Source of the DNA: a virus | Taxonomy: Duplodnaviria > Heunggongvirae > Uroviricota > Caudoviricetes | Length of the DNA stretch: 56,009 nt | Strand: one strand, 5' to 3' | IMG/VR virus record: IMGVR_UViG_2512047041_000008 | Part shown: in pieces, positions 51,093 to 56,009 of the stretch | Position numbering within the stretch: the first letter of the stretch is position 1 | Layout: every line of letters begins with the position of its first letter | Program-made: the position numbers and the translations under genes | The notes under the pieces: model-generated | Databases searched by the model: none | Told to the model about the DNA's origin: nothing | The model's input: only the letters and a program-made list of their open reading frames with translations

Positions 51093-52112
51093 TTATCCTC
51101 TGAAACCAGGCGGAATTTCTGTATCCGGTTCAGAAATATGATTAACACAACGCTGTACAGGTGAACGTCCCAGGCGGATGACCAGTTCGTCCCATTTTTC
51201 GCGGAGCTTTGACGGGCTCATGATGTTTTTTACCCAGAATGGATCTCGCTGAACCCGACCAAACATTTCGCAAATTTGTCTGTGGCTTCTGCCATCCAGC
51301 ATCCGCATTGTGCGCACGTCATTGGCCCAGGCAGTCCAGTTAGGCTCTTTTGGTCGCATGATCTCGCCATCATCACTGGCTGCCTGTTCGTAGAGACCCA
51401 CGATCCGCCCCCAGATCCACTGCGCACACGCCAAATCCTCCCTGCTACCCCACTGGCGTTTTTTCGCACTAAACACAACCGCGTCGGAGTTCCGGGTTAA
51501 AAAATCCTGTTCAGTCGTCTGCGGGTCCGGTTGCGAAGCTTCCGGACGAAAAGTGTTTTTATTCTCTGTAGTAATCTCTGTTGTATTCTCTGTAAGATCA
51601 TCAGGCCATTTTGACCCGATGACATTGGGTCGTTTTGAACCAATGGAGCGTTTCATTTTGACCTCTTCCATCGTGTCATTTTGACCTGATGGAGCGGCGC
51701 ATTTTGAACCGATGGATTCGCTCAATTTGCCACCATCTAAAAGCTCGCTCCCATAGTTGATCGTGTAGAAATTGGTCATATCGCGCTTTGATTTATTGAG
51801 CTTTTCACAACGCAAAAGCCCCAGCGTTTTCAGACTTGCAAACGCGCGCTTTAACGTTGACTCTGACCAGAATGGGAACTGTTCCAGCCATTGTTCCGTT
51901 GTGTTATAAATCCAGCGAACACCATCACATTCCATGCCGGAGTTGGTATCTCTCAACCAGTAGTGCAGTTGTTGCAAAACAATGGCTTCGTTTAAGCCAA
52001 TTTTCATTGCCAGCTGCGTGTTTATAACCAGTGGGCGTTCAGCAAAAAGAAGGCTCATAATTCCATCCAGCTTTTTGTTGGTATTGCTGTCGATACGCAA
52101 GTTTGAAAGCAA
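51093..52112 (-). CDS. Replication initiation protein (lambda O-like role) with internal iterons
   Basis: 339 aa; iteron array inside the gene, as for lambda ori within O; repeated IGSK peptide motifs encoded by the iterons. Confidence 0.6.
   Translation of the reverse strand: MLSNLRIDSNTNKKLDGIMSLLFAERPLVINTQLAMKIGLNEAIVLQQLHYWLRDTNSGMECDGVRWIYNTTEQWLEQFPFWSESTLKRAFASLKTLGLLRCEKLNKSKRDMTNFYTINYGSELLDGGKLSESIGSKCAAPSGQNDTMEEVKMKRSIGSKRPNVIGSKWPDDLTENTTEITTENKNTFRPEASQPDPQTTEQDFLTRNSDAVVFSAKKRQWGSREDLACAQWIWGRIVGLYEQAASDDGEIMRPKEPNWTAWANDVRTMRMLDGRSHRQICEMFGRVQRDPFWVKNIMSPSKLREKWDELVIRLGRSPVQRCVNHISEPDTEIPPGFRG
51605..51740. repeat. Putative replication origin: about 6 direct iterons (core ATTTTGA(A/C)C, period 22-24 bp) within the replication gene
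   Basis: Cores at about 51609, 51633, 51655, 51678, 51702, 51724. Confidence 0.6.
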
Positions 52113-52452
52113 TTGCTTTTTCTATAAGTTCGTCAGTTTCACGATCCACTACGGCAGGATCAGCAAAAAGCAGTCCGGACTCCACCACATCGCCATATTC
52201 TTTGTTTAACCCGGCGATCATGCACGTGATGCTTTTTCCGTCAGTAATTTCACGATACAACCTGAAATCATTAATCCGGATAGCCTCCATAATTGCAGGC
52301 ACTAGCGCCGTGAACTTTTCACGCTTATCCCTGGTGTCGATAGCCTTCCAGCGTTCAAATATCTTCACTCGATTAACGCCAAGCGCTCGCTGATCAATCG
52401 CGCCACCTTCATATGTGACACGCTGAACATCGATGTTCGGGCGCTCTTTCAA
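52039..52452 (-). CDS. Hypothetical phage protein; start lies 18 bp from the IS629-like copy 3 boundary (possibly 5'-truncated)
   Basis: 137-aa ORF overlapping the replication gene start. Confidence 0.35.
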   Translation of the reverse strand: MKERPNIDVQRVTYEGGAIDQRALGVNRVKIFERWKAIDTRDKREKFTALVPAIMEAIRINDFRLYREITDGKSITCMIAGLNKEYGDVVESGLLFADPAVVDRETDELIEKAIAFKLAYRQQYQQKAGWNYEPSFC

Positions 52453-52511
52453 AGCCCAGAATGCTTCAGTGAACCGCCCCGGGTTTCCTGGAGAGTGTTT
52501 TATCTGTGAAC

Positions 52512-53399
52512 TCAGGCTGCCAGATCATTGTTTCCGATGGAAGCATAATAAGCTTTTTCTGCTTCTGCCGGAGGAGTATGGCCCAGCCTTCCCAGTAATC
52601 GTCGATTGTTATACCAGTCCACCCACGTTAGTGTGGCCAGTTCCACTTCTGCACGGTTTTTCCAGCTCTTACGGTGTATTACCTCCGCTTTGTAAAGACC
52701 ATTGATGCTCTCAGCCATCGCGTTGTCATACGAGTCGCCTGTACTTCCTGTTGATGCCAGTAATCCGGCTTCTTTTAGTCGCTCCGTATAGGCCAGTGAC
52801 ACATACTGAGAGCCTTTATCGCTGTGATGGATGGTGCCAGACGGACGACGGGCCCACAACGCCTGCTCCAGCGCATCCAGCACGAATGTCGTTTCCATAG
52901 ACGATGAGACCCGCCACCCCACGATGTATCCAGCAAACACATCAATGATAAACGCCACATAGACGAAGCCCTGCCATGTGCTGACGTAAGTAAAATCAGC
53001 CACCCACAGCTGGTCAGGACGTTCTGCCACGAACTGACGGTTTACGCGGTCACCTGTGGCAACGGTTTTCCGGCTGACGGTAGTGCGGACCTTTTTACCC
53101 CGGAGAACACCGGCAAGTCCCATAACCGCCATGAGGCGCGCCACTGTACATCTGGCCACCCTGATTCCTTCCCGTAACAACTGACGCCAGACTTTACGCA
53201 CACCGTACACCTGATGATTTTCATCGTATACGCGCTGTATCTCTCTCTTCAGCCAGTCATCGCGCTGCGCACGGGTACAGCGTTTATCAGGATGATGCCG
53301 CTGCTGCTGACAGTGGTAATACGTTGACGGGGCAATATGCAGTTCACTGCATACAGGTCCGACCCCGTACTGCTCACGCAGCTTATCCAGCAGTGGCAT
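52512..53399 (-). CDS. IS629-like transposase OrfB (variant)
   Basis: 295 aa, DDE. Confidence 0.8.
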   Translation of the reverse strand: MPLLDKLREQYGVGPVCSELHIAPSTYYHCQQQRHHPDKRCTRAQRDDWLKREIQRVYDENHQVYGVRKVWRQLLREGIRVARCTVARLMAVMGLAGVLRGKKVRTTVSRKTVATGDRVNRQFVAERPDQLWVADFTYVSTWQGFVYVAFIIDVFAGYIVGWRVSSSMETTFVLDALEQALWARRPSGTIHHSDKGSQYVSLAYTERLKEAGLLASTGSTGDSYDNAMAESINGLYKAEVIHRKSWKNRAEVELATLTWVDWYNNRRLLGRLGHTPPAEAEKAYYASIGNNDLAA

Positions 53400-53725
53400 T
53401 ATTTTTTCCAGAGGCGGTCGAACTCCGCCTTCGCAAAATAAGCGGAAGCCTGGCGAAGGATATCGTTACTGCGGCGCAGTTCACGATTTTCACGTTCCAG
53501 CTCTTTCAGACGCTGACGTTCAGCGGTGGTGAGCCCACCATCACCGCCCCCGGTATCCCGCTCATGCTGGCGAACCCAGACACGCAGAGTCTCTGGCGTA
53601 CAGCCAGTCTTTGGAGCAATGGAACAAATTGCCGCCCATTGTGAGTCATATTCGTCCTGACTTTCCAGAACCATACGAACTGCCCGTTGACGGACTTCGG
53701 GGGAAAAACGTGTATTTTTAGTCAT
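53399..53725 (-). CDS. IS629-like transposase OrfA (variant)
   Basis: 108 aa, a few substitutions relative to copies 1 and 2. Confidence 0.8.
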   Translation of the reverse strand: MTKNTRFSPEVRQRAVRMVLESQDEYDSQWAAICSIAPKTGCTPETLRVWVRQHERDTGGGDGGLTTAERQRLKELERENRELRRSNDILRQASAYFAKAEFDRLWKK

Positions 53726-53828
53726 CCTGTTTACCTCTTTCTCAGGAAGTTTAGTCTCCAGGATTCCCGGGGCGGTTCAGAACGGTCATCACGAAATCAC
53801 ATCCACCAGCAGGACGTGTGACCATCTA

Positions 53829-54371
53829 ATGATCGACCTTGAAACCATGGGAAAAAATCCTGATGCCCCGATCATCTCAATAGGTGCAATATTTTTCGAT
53901 CCGCAAACCGGAGATATGGGACCGGAATTTAGTAAGACTATCGATCTGGAAACTGCTGGCGGAGTCATTGATCGGGACACCATTAAATGGTGGCTTAAGC
54001 AATCACGCGAAGCGCAATCTGCCATTATGACCGATGAAATCCCGTTAGATGATGCACTGTTACAATTGCGAGAATTTATCGACGAAAACTCCGGTGAATT
54101 TTTTGTTCAGGTTTGGGGAAATGGAGCCAACTTCGACAACACGATTTTGCGCCGTTCATACGAACGGCAGGGGATCCCCTGCCCGTGGCGTTACTACAAC
54201 GATCGCGATGTACGCACAATCGTTGAGCTGGGGAAAGCCATAGACTTCGATGCCAGAACGGCTATTCCATTCGAAGGTGAGCGCCATAATGCACTTGATG
54301 ACGCCCGTTACCAGGCAAAATACGTTTCAGTTATCTGGCAAAAACTGATCCCGAGTCAGGCTGATTCTTAA
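53829..54371 (+). CDS. 3'-5' exonuclease, DEDD (DnaQ-like) superfamily
   Basis: Exo I-like DLETMG and Exo III-like HNALDDARY motifs; co-oriented with int. Confidence 0.7.
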   Translation: MIDLETMGKNPDAPIISIGAIFFDPQTGDMGPEFSKTIDLETAGGVIDRDTIKWWLKQSREAQSAIMTDEIPLDDALLQLREFIDENSGEFFVQVWGNGANFDNTILRRSYERQGIPCPWRYYNDRDVRTIVELGKAIDFDARTAIPFEGERHNALDDARYQAKYVSVIWQKLIPSQADS

Positions 54372-54443
54372 TGTTCAACTGTCGCCGGTTGTGACTGGTA
54401 TTCTGCAACCGGCGCTCGTCTGATGTAAGAGATAAAGAAATCG

Positions 54444-54694
54444 ATGAGCGAAGTAATCATGATTGTCTCTCCCGGCAAATGGGTATCCGAAGAGCAGTTA
54501 ATTGCGCTGAAAGGAATAAAAAAGGTACGTTAAAAAAGGCCCGGGAAAAATCGTTTATGGAAGGAAGGGAATATAAGCATGTCGCTCATGACGGTATGCC
54601 ATGGGATAACAGTCCATGCTTTTACAACCTGGAAGAAATTGATCGCTGGATTGAGCGCCAGGCATCAGCGAGACCAAGACGTCATCTTACTTGA
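54444..54694 (+). pseudogene. xis: Possible excisionase (xis) with a frameshift at an A6 run
   Basis: Frame 1 MSEVIMIVSPGKWVSEEQLIALKGIKK then frame 2 ...GTLKKAREKSFMEGREYKHV...; the GREY segment resembles lambda Xis DGREYLF; A-run at about 54519-54524. Confidence 0.35.
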
Positions 54695-54713
54695 CTAAAA
54701 ACCACACTAACTA

Positions 54714-56009
54714 ATGAGAGAAGTTGAAATGAAATATCCGACAGGCGTGGAAAACCATGGAGGGAAATTACGTATCTGGTTTGTTTATAAAGACGTAAGA
54801 GTCAGGGAAAATCTGGGGGTTCCTGACACAGCAAAAAACAGGCGCGTTGCAGGTGAACTACGCTCCTCTGTTTGTTACGCAATAAAAACTGGTGTTTTCG
54901 ACTATGCAAAACAGTTTCCCTCCTCACGCAATCTGGAAAAATTTGGTGAGGCCCGACAAGATTTAACCATAAAAGAACTGGCTGAAAAATTTCTGGCACT
55001 GAAAGAAACTGAAGTCGCCAAAACATCACTCAACACATACCGTGCCGTCATCAAAAATATCCTGAGCATAATCGGTGAAAAAAATCTTGCCTCATCGATT
55101 AATAAAGAAAAATTACTGGAGGTTCGTAAAGAGTTACTGACTGGATACCAGATCCCCAAAAGTAACTATATTGTTACACAACCAGGGAGATCGGCTGTAA
55201 CTGTAAATAATTACATGACAAATCTTAACGCCGTGTTCCAGTTTGGTGTTGATAACGGTTACCTGGCAGATAATCCGTTTAAGGGGATCTCGCCATTAAA
55301 GGAATCAAGAACCATTCCGGATCCTCTTTCGCGGGAAGAATTTATCCGTCTTATCGATGCGTGCAGAAATCAGCAAGCAAAAAATTTATGGTGTGTTTCT
55401 GTTTATACTGGAGTTCGCCCTGGTGAGCTGTGTGCACTTGGATGGGAGGACATAGATCTGAAAAATGGAACAATGATGATCAGGAGAAATTTAGCAAAAG
55501 ACCGTTTCACGGTACCAAAAACACAGGCGGGAACCAATCGGGTCATTCATCTTATTAAGCCAGCAATCGACGCTCTCCGGAGTCAGATGACATTAACGAG
55601 ACTGAGCAAAGAGCATATCATTGATGTTCACCTCAGAGAGTATGGCAGAACAGAAAAACAAAAATGCACCTTTGTTTTTCAACCTGAAGTGTCAGCGAGA
55701 GTAAAAAATTATGGTGACCATTTTACCGTTGACTCAATAAGGCAGATGTGGGACGCAGCGATAAAACGTGCCGGACTCCGCCATCGAAAATCATATCAGT
55801 CGAGACATACTTATGCCTGCTGGTCGCTGACAGCTGGTGCTAACCCGGCATTTATAGCAAACCAGATGGGCCATGCAGATGCGCAAATGGTATTTCAGGT
55901 ATACGGAAAATGGATGTCTGAAAACAATAATGCACAGGTAGCTTTGTTAAATACACAGTTAAGCGAGTTTGCCCCAACCATGCCCCATAACGAAGCAATG
56001 AAAAATTAA
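54714..56009 (+). CDS. int: Tyrosine integrase (phage integrase family)
   Basis: 431-aa ORF with C-terminal R...H-x-x-R...Y catalytic pattern; possible internal start MKYPTG; ends at the window edge. Confidence 0.85.
   Translation: MREVEMKYPTGVENHGGKLRIWFVYKDVRVRENLGVPDTAKNRRVAGELRSSVCYAIKTGVFDYAKQFPSSRNLEKFGEARQDLTIKELAEKFLALKETEVAKTSLNTYRAVIKNILSIIGEKNLASSINKEKLLEVRKELLTGYQIPKSNYIVTQPGRSAVTVNNYMTNLNAVFQFGVDNGYLADNPFKGISPLKESRTIPDPLSREEFIRLIDACRNQQAKNLWCVSVYTGVRPGELCALGWEDIDLKNGTMMIRRNLAKDRFTVPKTQAGTNRVIHLIKPAIDALRSQMTLTRLSKEHIIDVHLREYGRTEKQKCTFVFQPEVSARVKNYGDHFTVDSIRQMWDAAIKRAGLRHRKSYQSRHTYACWSLTAGANPAFIANQMGHADAQMVFQVYGKWMSENNNAQVALLNTQLSEFAPTMPHNEAMKN

Larger units (their letters stand above)
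52470..53779 (-). mobile_element. IS629-related variant copy 3, 1310 bp, no target-site duplication
   Basis: Same termini as copies 1 and 2 but diverged proteins; flanks CAG and GAA do not match. Confidence 0.8.

Overview
This 56 kb window is almost entirely a Qin-type lambdoid prophage of an Escherichia/Shigella genome, lying next to the chromosomal MFS transporter gene ydfJ (1..1284) and ending with a tyrosine integrase at the window edge (54714..56009). It carries a near-complete lambda-like head/tail module on the minus strand (Nu1-A-W-B-C-D-E-FI-FII-Z-U-V-G/T-H-M-L-K-I-J-lom-stf, about 6.0-29.2 kb), with cos at about 29.4 kb almost identical to the lambda genome ends as I recall them. 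The rest is the Qin-type accessory/lysis/regulatory set: ydfK, pin, ydfO, gnsB, cspI, spanin/lysozyme/ydfR/holin, cspB, cspF, quuQ, ydfU, rem, hokD-relE-relB, ydfV, flxA, an O-like replication gene with iterons, a DEDD exonuclease and int. The prophage is riddled with insertion sequences: nine copies of six types (IS629 x3, IS600 x2, an IS911-like IS3-family element, IS4, an IS100-like IS21-family element, and an unidentified DDE-transposase element that itself carries an IS600). These insertions split pin, the head gene FI and the late antiterminator quuQ (hit twice); one IS629 copy lacks a target-site duplication and sits where the immunity/early-left region should be, suggesting an IS-mediated deletion. 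I found no clearly novel multi-gene system; the best candidates for uncharacterised biology are the three-gene non-lambda module downstream of stf (4751..6050) and a few small orphan ORFs. All identifications rest on reading the six-frame translations and on recalled family and reference sequences; no database search was run.
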